Below the pieces are notes generated by a model. That model had not been told where the DNA came from. It saw nothing but the letters and a program-made list of their open reading frames with translations, and did no database searches. Position numbers and translations under genes: made by a program. From an uncultured Gaiellaceae bacterium (GTDB taxonomy: Bacteria > Actinomycetota > Thermoleophilia > Gaiellales > Gaiellaceae), in contig CAVXQE010000002.1 in NCBI GenBank assembly GCA_963763755.1, positions 184,576 through 248,575 on the forward strand: DNA of 64,000 nucleotides. Direction: 5' to 3'. Below are positions 50,063-58,040 of this stretch, one piece after another (the first letter of the stretch is position 1; each line of letters opens with the position of its first letter).

Positions 50063-50446
50063 ATGGCAGACGCGATTGAGCGGAACGCCGAGACGCAGAA
50101 CCTCTACCGCGAGGTGAACGAGCGCGTGGCCGAGGTGTACAGCCAGTTTGGCGGTGTCACGGGTGACCGAATGTCTGAGCTGATCGAGCTCTTTTGCGAG
50201 TGCGGGCAGCAGGCTCCCTGCGAGGAGCGAGTCAACATCACGGCGGCGACGTACGAACGAGTCCGCGCGGACCCGACGACGTTCATCCTCCTGCCTGGGC
50301 ACGGAATTGCGATCGTCGAAGAAGTGATCGAGCGGGGCGACGGCTTCCTCATCGCCCGGAACATCGGGCGCGCTGCCGACATTGCTCGCGCTGCAGATCC
50401 CCGCCGCGATGACGTCGACCCGGGAGCTCCACCGGCCGCTGCCTAG
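50063..50446 (+). CDS. hypothetical protein (127 aa) with a CxC...C cluster
   Basis: MADAIERNAETQNLYREVNERVAEVY...FCECGQQAPCEERVNITAATYERVRADPTTFILLPGH. It is preceded by a 175-nt lower-GC leader. Confidence 0.5.
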   Translation: MADAIERNAETQNLYREVNERVAEVYSQFGGVTGDRMSELIELFCECGQQAPCEERVNITAATYERVRADPTTFILLPGHGIAIVEEVIERGDGFLIARNIGRAADIARAADPRRDDVDPGAPPAAA

Positions 50447-50483
50447 AAGCGACCACGCTCAGGAGGTCTGCCCCGACCGGCGG

Positions 50484-51512
50484 CTAGACGAGAGTCGTCA
50501 GGTACTCCTCCAGGCCGCCGCTCTGTGCGAACGACTCGAAGGTACCGGCGTACGCCATGTCGGGGTGGGCGACGTCCGAGAAGGCTGTCGAGATCCGAGT
50601 CGCGGCCTCGAGGGCCGACACGCCCTCGTGGTTGACGGCGAAGAGCGAGCGGATCGAGTTGCCTGAGCTGGCGAGAAGCTGGAGGAGCCCCGAGTCGAGC
50701 CCGCTGTATCCGACCGAGAGAATGTTGAGTCCATCTGTCGCGCCCAGCCGGTTGCGGATGAAGTCCAGGTGACTCTCGGGGCAGTTGAACTCGTCGTCGG
50801 GTCCGAGAGGCACGGAGATCGCGGGGTAGTAGAGATGAGGCGGGTCGCGGCGCAGAAGCTCGACGCTCGTCCGACGCAGCTCGATCTCGTCCGAGAGCTC
50901 CGGCACGTCGTCGAGGCTCGCCACGAACTCGCTCAGATAGAGGTCGGACTTGTCGACGGCTGCGTGATCGACGCCGACGATCCGGCGCGCCCAGTCCACC
51001 GACCCGTGGAGCTTGATCAGCGACCACGCGAAATCCGGACGGATGTAGTCGCTCAGCGACCGAACGTGAGCGTGCTGTTCGAGCCGGCTGTCGAGGATCG
51101 TGTCGTAGTTCAGCGTGAGGAAGATCACCTCGTTCGCCGAGCGCAGCACGCCGTTGATCAGGCGGTCGTAGTTCACGGGATGGGTGGTGTAGTGCTCGCT
51201 CACCTCGTGCAGCAGGTGCTGCAGGTAGAGCGGGATCGCGCGGTAGCGCCGGCGGTCGTAGGCCGCGGGTGAGCGCAGGACCTGATCGCGCAGATACGTC
51301 TCGAGGCCGACCGAGCCGGTACGGGTCGCCACGCGGAGGTCGGGTGCGAGCGTCTGGGCGTCCGGGTAGAAGTCGAGGATCGGGTGGAACGCGGTTCGCT
51401 CGGCGAAGAGCTCCTTCACGAGCGGCGGCTGCCAGTTCAGATCGCGCGGCTCGATCCCCGTCGAGTCGTACGAGGCCCCGGCGCCTGTGATCACGATCAG
51501 CTGCTCAGTCAC
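50484..51512 (-). CDS. stand-alone SIR2-like (SIR2_2 type) NAD-binding protein
   Basis: Intact 342-aa ORF with a GTG start. It carries the ordered sirtuin-type motifs ITGAGAS (res 8-14), TLNYDT (132-138) and KLHGS (167-171), and later ILSVGYSGLD. Confidence 0.8.
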   Translation of the reverse strand: MTEQLIVITGAGASYDSTGIEPRDLNWQPPLVKELFAERTAFHPILDFYPDAQTLAPDLRVATRTGSVGLETYLRDQVLRSPAAYDRRRYRAIPLYLQHLLHEVSEHYTTHPVNYDRLINGVLRSANEVIFLTLNYDTILDSRLEQHAHVRSLSDYIRPDFAWSLIKLHGSVDWARRIVGVDHAAVDKSDLYLSEFVASLDDVPELSDEIELRRTSVELLRRDPPHLYYPAISVPLGPDDEFNCPESHLDFIRNRLGATDGLNILSVGYSGLDSGLLQLLASSGNSIRSLFAVNHEGVSALEAATRISTAFSDVAHPDMAYAGTFESFAQSGGLEEYLTTLV

Positions 51513-51576
51513 CTACAGACCATAGGCGACTATTGCCACTTGTGTTGACAATCGGCGGACGTGATGGGCGTGATGC

Positions 51577-52347
51577 TCAGACGGTGCGGGGTCGCCATGG
51601 CTCGTGCTCGTGCGCGAGCCAGACAAGCTCGGGGTCGAGCGCGCGCACCCGCAGCTGGCCTTCGGTGTGCGGCTCGTCGAGCTCGCCGAACCAAACCGCC
51701 ACGTCGCCGCCGACGACGACCGGACGCCCGCCAGTCTCGACGACGACCACCTGCATGCCGCGTGTGTGGCCCGGCGCCGGGACGAGCCGGAGCCCGGGAA
51801 GCAGCTCGAGCTCGCCGTCGACCGGCACGTACCGCACGCCGGGCGCCTCGACCCACTCGCGAATGGTGTAGTCGTCCTCGCTGCGCGCGTCGTCGAGCTC
51901 CCGACGCTGGACGTAGATCGGCCTGCCGGTGAAGAGGTGGTTGCCGCCGCAGTGGTCGAAGTGCAGGTGTGTGTTGACGACGATGTCGATGCCGGCGAGG
52001 TCGAAGTCCTGCTTGCTCAGTGGACGGAGGCGGGGATCGAGATCGGCCACCGCCGGGTGCAGCTCCGTCATGCCGGTGTCGACCAGCACACGCGCATCGG
52101 GATGGTCGATGACGTGCACGTTGACCGGCATCCGCTCGCCCTCGGCGAGCAGGTCGGCAACGCGGACCGGCGTGATGGTGACTCGAGAGCGGGGGCGCTC
52201 ACTGTGTACGGACCGCCGCGGTGGCGGTTGCTCCTCGAAGGCAGTCGACAGGTCGGTGAGCGACTCTGGGCTACCGGCAGACGCCGGTATGCTGGCGGAT
52301 CCCGCGTTCGGAACGATCGTCGGCCAGTCATTGTCCTCGCTGTTCAT
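51577..52347 (-). CDS. MBL-fold metallo-hydrolase (lactonase-like); true start probably downstream of 52347
   Basis: VLVDTGM...DIVVNTHLHFDHCGGN (HxHxDH) ...VPAPGHTRGM...GGD. The first about 55 residues are low-complexity. Confidence 0.8.
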   Translation of the reverse strand: MNSEDNDWPTIVPNAGSASIPASAGSPESLTDLSTAFEEQPPPRRSVHSERPRSRVTITPVRVADLLAEGERMPVNVHVIDHPDARVLVDTGMTELHPAVADLDPRLRPLSKQDFDLAGIDIVVNTHLHFDHCGGNHLFTGRPIYVQRRELDDARSEDDYTIREWVEAPGVRYVPVDGELELLPGLRLVPAPGHTRGMQVVVVETGGRPVVVGGDVAVWFGELDEPHTEGQLRVRALDPELVWLAHEHEPWRPRTV

Positions 52348-52417
52348 CAGCGGTGCGAGTGCAAAGACCGCGCGAACCAGGCGGTGTTGCCGGCGTGCAG
52401 TCGCGATCTGGCGTGAG

Positions 52418-52489
52418 TGGGCGCACCTGGGATTGAACCAGGGACCTCTCGCGTGTGAAGCGAGCGCTCTCCCGCTGAGCTATGCGCCC
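52418..52489 (-). tRNA. tRNA-Val (anticodon CAC)
   Basis: GGGCGCA TA GCTC AGCGGGA GAGC G CTCGC TTCACAC GCGAG AGGTC CCTGG TTCAATC CCAGG TGCGCCC A folds as a 72-nt cloverleaf. CCA is not encoded. Confidence 0.9.
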
Positions 52490-52530
52490 GGGAGTCAGGA
52501 CAGGATAGCGCCGGTGCTACGCTGCGTTTG

Positions 52531-52806
52531 CCCGGTCGCGCTAGGTGGGGAGTTAGCGGTTCCTTGAACCCGAAATCCGCTCCAGCGGGGCCGAACGCCG
52601 TCCGAGGGCGGCTTCAACGGGATCAGGTCTCGCGCACGTGGCGTCGATGGTCGGGTTCCGCGCACTGAGAGCATCCGAACCGCGTCAGGTCCGGAAGGAA
52701 GCAGCGCTAAGGATTCCCTCTCAGGTGCCGCGGTCTCGCCTGGCCGGAGCCGGCGACGTGAGCGCCCCCCGCGGAAGCAACTCGAAGACGGAGCGCGTGA
52801 CCGGGC
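52531..52806 (+). ncRNA. ffs: signal recognition particle RNA, long (Bacillus-type, Alu-domain-containing) form
   Basis: The domain IV core GTCAGGTCCGGAAGGAAGCAGC lies at about 52684-52705. The 5' part GCTAGGTGGGGAGTTAGCGGTTCC...ATCCGCTCCAGCGGGGCCGAA closely parallels B. subtilis scRNA GCTAAGCGGGGAGGTAGCGGTGCC...ATCCGCTCTAGCAGGGCCGAA. The termini cccggtcgcgct / agcgcgtgaccggg pair. Confidence 0.85.
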
Positions 52807-52807
52807 A

Positions 52808-53227
52808 TTACGTTCGGCCTTCCGGGTAACGCGGCAGGCCGTCGTCCGGGATCTCCTCCCAGGACGCGGCGTAGGCGACGTACTGCCGCCACTGCGGCCG
52901 GATACCTGGATCGGAGTCGAGCGACCCGAACCGCACGCCGATCGCGGGCGGATCACCGGCGCTGCGGCTGAAGACGGCCGAGCCGCACAGCCCGCAGAAG
53001 ACCTTCTCCGCGCCGCCCTCCGGCGCCCACGCCTGGAGGTGCTCCTCGCCGGAAAGGAGCTCGAACGAGCCCGGGGCCGTTCGCCCGTTGGCAGACGCCG
53101 CGGTGCCGGTTCGCCGCTGGCAGCGCGTGCAATGGCAGTAGTTGGCCGAGGCGAACGGCTCGCGGATCTCGAAGCGCACGGCACCGCAGCCGCAGCCTCC
53201 GGTCAGTGGGAAGGAAGGCTCACCCAT
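52808..53227 (-). CDS. GFA (glutathione-dependent formaldehyde-activating / CENP-V-like) family protein
   Basis: GGCGCGAVRFEI...ANYCHCTRCQRRTG...FCGLCGS are Cys-rich zinc motifs. 139 aa. Confidence 0.85.
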   Translation of the reverse strand: MGEPSFPLTGGCGCGAVRFEIREPFASANYCHCTRCQRRTGTAASANGRTAPGSFELLSGEEHLQAWAPEGGAEKVFCGLCGSAVFSRSAGDPPAIGVRFGSLDSDPGIRPQWRQYVAYAASWEEIPDDGLPRYPEGRT

Positions 53228-53230
53228 GGC

Positions 53231-54448
53231 CTAGGTGAGCTGCCAGACGTCGCCGCGGAGGATCGGCACGGCAGTGCCGCCCGTCTCGATCCCGTCGACC
53301 TCGACCTCGGGACCGCCGATCATGAAGTCGGTGTGGATCGACGAGTTGTTGAAGCCGAGCTCGTCGAGCTCGGCCTCGGAGAGGTCGGTCCCGTTCGGGA
53401 TCGCCTCGAGGATGCCGGCGCCGTACGCGATGTGGCACGTCGCGTTCTCGTCGAAGAGCGTGTTCAGGAACGTGAGGCCCGAGCGGCCGACGCGCGAGTC
53501 GCCGTCGACGAGCGCGACTTCGCCGAGCATCGTCGCGCCGTCGTCCGCGCGCAACTGCTCGCGCACGACGTCCTCGCCGGAGCTCGCGTTGGCCTCGACC
53601 GCGCGGCCGCCCTCGAAACGAATCTCGAGGTCGCGAATGACGGTGCCGGCGAGTGCGAGCGGCTTCGTCGAGCGCACGGTTCCCTCGGTGCGCCGCTTGC
53701 TCGGGCTCGTGAAGACCTCCTCGGTCGGCATGTTCGCCACGTAGCGGCGTCCGTCGACCGTCTCCTCGAGCGCCGTGCACCACTGCGCGCCGGGAATCAG
53801 GCCGACCGTCAGGTCCGTCCCCGGGCCGCGGAAGTGAAGGCTGTCGAAGCCGCGGTCGTTCAGGATCCGTGCGCGCTCGACCAGCTTCTCGATGTGGAGC
53901 CGCCAGGCCTCGACCGGGTCGGGCTCGTCCAGCCGGACTGCCGACGCGACTGCATCCCAGAGCCGTTCGACGTCCGGCTCGCCGAAGACGGTCCGCGCCC
54001 AACCTTCGTTCGGGTACGCCACGATCGACCAGTTGAGCAGGCGCTGGTTCAGGACCTCCACGTATCGCTCGGCGAGCTGGCGCATCCGCGTCTTGCCGAC
54101 ACGCGTGCCGTCGAGGTCGGCGAGCAACTCGGGCTCCGGGTCGCCGACGATCTGGATCAGCGCACCGCGCTCGCCGGCGACATAGGCCATCTTCTCCAGG
54201 ACCCACGGAGGGGTCCAGTCGAGCGTGTCTTCCTCGGCGAGCTGGATCCGAGCGCGCCGGACGTGCTGGTCCGAGTAGTCGACGTCCACGTAGCGTGCGC
54301 CACGCTCGTAGGCGCACCGCGCGACCGCACGTGCGAGCGGAGCGTGCTCCGGCAGGGCGGAGAGCCACAGGACCTGACCCTCGCCGACATTGGAGCCCAC
54401 CTCGACCGCGAGGCGTGCGTAGCGATCGAGCCGTTCCTCGGGTGACAT
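53231..54448 (-). CDS. M29-family aminopeptidase (AmpS/PepS-like)
   Basis: Intact 405-aa ORF with LDRYARLAVEVG.NV..GQ, NMPTEEVFTSP, LFDENATCHIAYG and HTDFMIG. Confidence 0.85.
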   Translation of the reverse strand: MSPEERLDRYARLAVEVGSNVGEGQVLWLSALPEHAPLARAVARCAYERGARYVDVDYSDQHVRRARIQLAEEDTLDWTPPWVLEKMAYVAGERGALIQIVGDPEPELLADLDGTRVGKTRMRQLAERYVEVLNQRLLNWSIVAYPNEGWARTVFGEPDVERLWDAVASAVRLDEPDPVEAWRLHIEKLVERARILNDRGFDSLHFRGPGTDLTVGLIPGAQWCTALEETVDGRRYVANMPTEEVFTSPSKRRTEGTVRSTKPLALAGTVIRDLEIRFEGGRAVEANASSGEDVVREQLRADDGATMLGEVALVDGDSRVGRSGLTFLNTLFDENATCHIAYGAGILEAIPNGTDLSEAELDELGFNNSSIHTDFMIGGPEVEVDGIETGGTAVPILRGDVWQLT

Positions 54449-54487
54449 TGGAGAAGCCTAACCGGCGGCGTTGGTAGCGTCCGAGCG

Positions 54488-54787
54488 ATGAGCCCGGCCA
54501 CCGAAACGCCCGTCCGCAAGCCGCGGATCGACGACCCCGGCGCAGACCGCGACGCGCCCTGGCAGGTGATCGTGATGAACGACGACCACAACACGTTCGA
54601 CGGCGTCGCCCACGCGCTCGCGACAGTGCTGCCCGGAGTCGGCTTCGAGCAGGGCATGGCGTTCGCGAACCGGATCCACTCGAGCGGCCGGGCGGTCGTC
54701 TGGTCGGGCCACAAGGAACAGGCCGAGCATTACTGGAGCCAGCTCAAGGATCATGGTCTGACGATGGCCCCCCTCGACCGCGTGTAG
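54488..54787 (+). CDS. clpS: ATP-dependent Clp protease adaptor ClpS
   Basis: 99 aa: WQVIVMNDDHNTFDGVAHALATVLPGV..EQGMAFANRIHSSGRAVVWSGHKEQAE. Confidence 0.9.
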   Translation: MSPATETPVRKPRIDDPGADRDAPWQVIVMNDDHNTFDGVAHALATVLPGVGFEQGMAFANRIHSSGRAVVWSGHKEQAEHYWSQLKDHGLTMAPLDRV

Positions 54788-54806
54788 TCCTGTTAGGTTC
54801 CGGCGC

Positions 54807-55349
54807 GTGCTGCTGGCGATCACGAGTAACGGGAAAATCGGGCTTGGGATACTCGCCGGGCTCCTGATCGTCTTCGCGATCCTCTCCGCGTTCTACTTCC
54901 CGCGCCGCAACCCGGACTTCCCGGGGAACCGGCTCGGGCTCTTCATCCTTGTCTCGGTGGTGCTCTTTGCCGGGACGATGGTTGGGGTCGTCGTCTTCGC
55001 CGCCGAGGAGGGGGAACCGCACAGCGAAGAGGCAACCCAGCCCCAAGGCGGCGAGGAGCCGCCTGCGAGCACCGAGCAGGCGACGACCGGGACGAGCGAG
55101 GCGGCGGGCGACCCTGCCGCCGGCGAGGCGGTCTTCGCATCGGCCGGGTGCGTCTCGTGTCACACGCTCAAGGCGGCGGGGGCGTCGGGAACCGTCGGGC
55201 CGAACCTGGACGAGGCAAAGCCCGACGTCGAGCTCGTCGTCGACCGGGTGACGAACGGAAAAGGCGTGATGCCGTCGTTCAAGGGGCAGCTCGACGAGAA
55301 GCAGATCCAGGACGTTGCGGCCTACGTGGTCGCGTCCACGCACGGCTAG
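54807..55349 (+). CDS. membrane-anchored c-type cytochrome
   Basis: Two N-terminal hydrophobic segments, a Glu/Pro/Thr-rich linker, then the haem motif CVSCH with GVMPSF (Met ligand context). Confidence 0.8.
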   Translation: MLLAITSNGKIGLGILAGLLIVFAILSAFYFPRRNPDFPGNRLGLFILVSVVLFAGTMVGVVVFAAEEGEPHSEEATQPQGGEEPPASTEQATTGTSEAAGDPAAGEAVFASAGCVSCHTLKAAGASGTVGPNLDEAKPDVELVVDRVTNGKGVMPSFKGQLDEKQIQDVAAYVVASTHG

Positions 55350-55382
55350 TCCGCGCGCTCCTCGGATACCCTGTGCCCGCCC

Positions 55383-55471
55383 GGAGAGGTGTCCGAGCGG
55401 CCGAAGGAGCGCGACTGGAAATCGCGTAAGCGTCGAAAGGCGTTTCGCGGGTTCAAATCCCGCCCTCTCCG
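55383..55471 (+). tRNA. tRNA-Ser (anticodon GGA)
   Basis: GGAGAGG...CGCGA CTGGAAA TCGCG... has a long variable arm and the T-loop GGGTTCAAATCCC. The acceptor CCTCTCC is followed by G. 89 nt. Confidence 0.9.
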
Positions 55472-55475
55472 TCGA

Positions 55476-55512
55476 CCAAAGACTCCGCCACGCGGGGTCT
55501 TTGGTGTCTTTC
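55476..55512 (+). terminator. intrinsic terminator after tRNA-Ser
   Basis: CCAAAGACTCCGC cac GCGGGGTCTTTGG followed by TGTCTTTC. Confidence 0.5.
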
Positions 55513-55541
55513 AGCCCGGTCGCGCCCGAGCGGAGCCTTCG

Positions 55542-55757
55542 CTAGACGACGATCGACGCGCTGGCGTCCGTGTTCGACGCACGCCACACCTGCAGCATGA
55601 GATCGAGCTCCAGGCGCCGCCCGCGCGCGTTCATCGAGCCGAGCTGGGAGATCTCGACCTCCCGCGGCCCGACCTGCTCCGCGTTCACGTGCACGTGCCC
55701 GGTGAGGAACGCGAGCAGGCTCGGAACGAGCTGTGGATCACTGACTTCGATACGCAT
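55542..55757 (-). CDS. small conserved hypothetical protein (71 aa), paralogue of 45155..45373
   Basis: See 45155..45373. It lies 88 nt downstream of, and co-directional with, the collagen-like gene. The RBS is weak. Confidence 0.45.
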   Translation of the reverse strand: MRIEVSDPQLVPSLLAFLTGHVHVNAEQVGPREVEISQLGSMNARGRRLELDLMLQVWRASNTDASASIVV

Positions 55758-55844
55758 GTCTGCCGCAGGGCTGACCGCATCCGTTGCTCAGGTGGGGCAG
55801 GCACCTCGCCGCCCGAGGTGCCCGCCCCGTGAGCTGGCTGCAGG

Positions 55845-56840
55845 CCTACTGCTTCACGAGCCTCAGCCAGACGAGGTAACCGAAGAAATTGCTGGACGCG
55901 GCGTTCTTCGCGTCGGTGCGCACGCGGAGCGTGTGCATGCCGGACGTCGCCACGGCGATGCTCGGGAGCGTGGCCTGATCGTTCTGCTCGATCGCCGCGC
56001 GATACGCATCGACCGTCCGATGGTCGGCTCGCGTCGAGCGAGAAGGTCAGATCGCCGGCATCGTCGGAGACTTGACGTACGTGACCTCGAGGGCCCACGT
56101 TCCCGGCTGCGAGCGGCACGCTGCCACTCGAGGAAGCTCGTCTCGTCTCCGGTCGGGTACGACGAGCGATACGCCGTGGTTCCATGCGACTCCGCCGTTG
56201 ACGATGACGTCGTCCCAGACCTGTGCGACGCGCTGGCGGCGGAACCGGGTTGACGTCGACGAGTGCGGGATAGACCGACGCCGCCCGCAGGCCCCTGTCA
56301 CCTTGGCTCGCCCGTTGCGTCGCCGTTGGTCGCCCTTGTCGCCCTTGTCGCCGGCGGCTCCGTTGGTTCCGTTGGTTCCATCGGTGCCCGGGCTCGCCCT
56401 TGTCGCCCTGGTCGCCCGGCGGCTCCGTTGGTTCCGTCGGTTCCGGCTCGCTTGCCCGGGTCGCCCTTGGCCCAATCGCACCGTCGGCGCCTGTGCAGGC
56501 CCTTGGCCCTTGCGCGCCAGTTGCCCCATTGGCGCCTGAGGCGCCAGGAGCGCCCTGGAGTCCCTGCGGCCCCTGCGGTACCTGCCGGGCCGGCCAGGCC
56601 GACGGCCTGACGGCTCGCCGGAATCACTGCGGCCGGGAACTTCCCGTTCGCATTGAGCGGGACGAGCATGCCGGCTCGCGGCGTCTTGGACGCCCCGATC
56701 TTGTTGACGGTGTTCGCATTTCCTGCGGACTTGGCAAAGGCCACAACCTGTGCCGCGACTGCTGGGCTGCCTGCGGCAACAGCGCCAACGATGGCTGCGA
56801 CGACGATCGTGCCGCCGCGCTTTCTCAATGAACCGAACAT
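55845..56840 (-). CDS. collagen-like (Gly-X-Y repeat) surface protein with N-terminal anchor/signal and unknown C-terminal domain (frameshifted)
   Basis: MFGSLRKRGGTIVVAAIVGAVAAGSPAVAA, NKIGASKTPRAGMLVPLNANGKFPAAVIP, then G-X-Y runs (GLAGPAGTAGAAGTPG..., GTDGTNGTNGAAGDKGDKGD...) over about 56290-56620 in three frames. The C-terminus reads ...ATLPSIAVATSGMHTLRVRTDAKNAASSNFFGYLVWLRLVKQ*. Confidence 0.6.
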
Positions 56841-57020
56841 GGACTCCTCTCCCACTTGTAACCCCCTGGCGATGAGTCGCAGCCGTACTTCCAGCTACCG
56901 ACTCCTGAGATCACCGTAGGTCGGGATCGGCGTTCGCGACAGTCCGGAGTCAGGGACTGAATCGCACCTAGCTGAACGGTTAGGAGGTGATGCAAATGGG
57001 CCTGGCGCCTCCGGTGAGGA

Positions 57021-57853
57021 TCACCGGGCCTGCTTGGCGACTACGAGTTTTGCGCTCACAGTTGGCTTGGCCGACTGCTGCTTTGTGCGCTTGGAAATCA
57101 TCCACACGTACCAGCGGTAGCTTCCAGGGAGAAGCGCGTGCGGGCGTCCGTCCTGCCGCCATCGGCCGGGCAACTCGAGGCGGGCTTCCTGTACGCGCGC
57201 GCGATAGACGCGCTCCCCGCCCTGGAACAGCTGGAACTCGTACGCAGCTGCATCCGGGGCTGCGACCCAGACGAACGTTTGCCCGGGAACTGCGGTCGCG
57301 TGGGACGGCGGCCGACGTCGCAGGCGTCGGTGACGTGCCGGCCGGCTTCGCCGGTCTGACGGGCGTGGGTGTTGTGCGCTCCGGCTCGGTGACCGTGTCC
57401 TTCGGCGGGGAGACCGCGGGCGCGACCGACTGAGTCTGCTGCGCGTCTCGGGCGGGTCGTCCCTCGCGACCGACGACCAGCGTGAGCAGCACCCCGAGCG
57501 CAATGACTCCCGCAGCGGACGCGAGCAGGGCGAGTCGGACGCGGCGGCGACGCGGTGCGGGCTCGAGCACCGGAACCGGTGCGAGACTGGTGCGCACGGG
57601 GCTCGATGCGCACGGGTTGTTCGGCGAGCGGAACCGGCCGAGGTGGGTCGGGCAGCCGTTCCCGCGCGGCGCGAGCAAGCTCGGGATCGATGAGAGCGAG
57701 CTCCGGGCTGACAGGCCCGAGTTCCGGTGCCGCCGACGTAGAGGGCTGGACTTGCCCTACCGGGGGCGATCCGTGGTGGAGCGGGATGACGCTACCGCCG
57801 GCCGCGATCTCATCGGGCGACGGCATGCGCGCGATGCCCTCCATCGCGGACAT
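57021..57853 (-). CDS. single-pass membrane protein with Pro-rich linker and small extracytoplasmic C-terminal domain (frameshifted)
   Basis: MSAMEGIARMPSPDEIAAGG..., the TM segment VRLALLASAAGVIALGVLLTLVV, a P/T-rich linker, then GQTFVWVAAPDAAAYEFQLFQGGERVYRARV...LLPGSYRWYVW. Confidence 0.45.
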
Positions 57854-58040
57854 GCCATTCCCGTTCGCCCGACTGCGCGTGATCCCTCTGCTTATCCGCA
57901 TTTCCAAAGCTCTCTCTCCGCCATACGTCCATTCTCTAGGTGTGCGCGGCCGGTGCCACCGGCAAACCCACAGGTTTCTGGGTGAAGGTTCGTCGTTTCC
58001 ATGGTCTACTGGCAAAGAGTCGTTGTCGACAGGGGTACCC

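Noticed and set aside
48340-52417. The accessory block considered as an integrated mobile element or prophage at tRNA-Val.
   Set aside because: No integrase, excisionase, transposase or phage structural genes are present. I found no convincing direct repeat of the tRNA-Val 3' end; the best candidate, near 49960, matches only in short patches. It is kept only as a variable-locus hypothesis.
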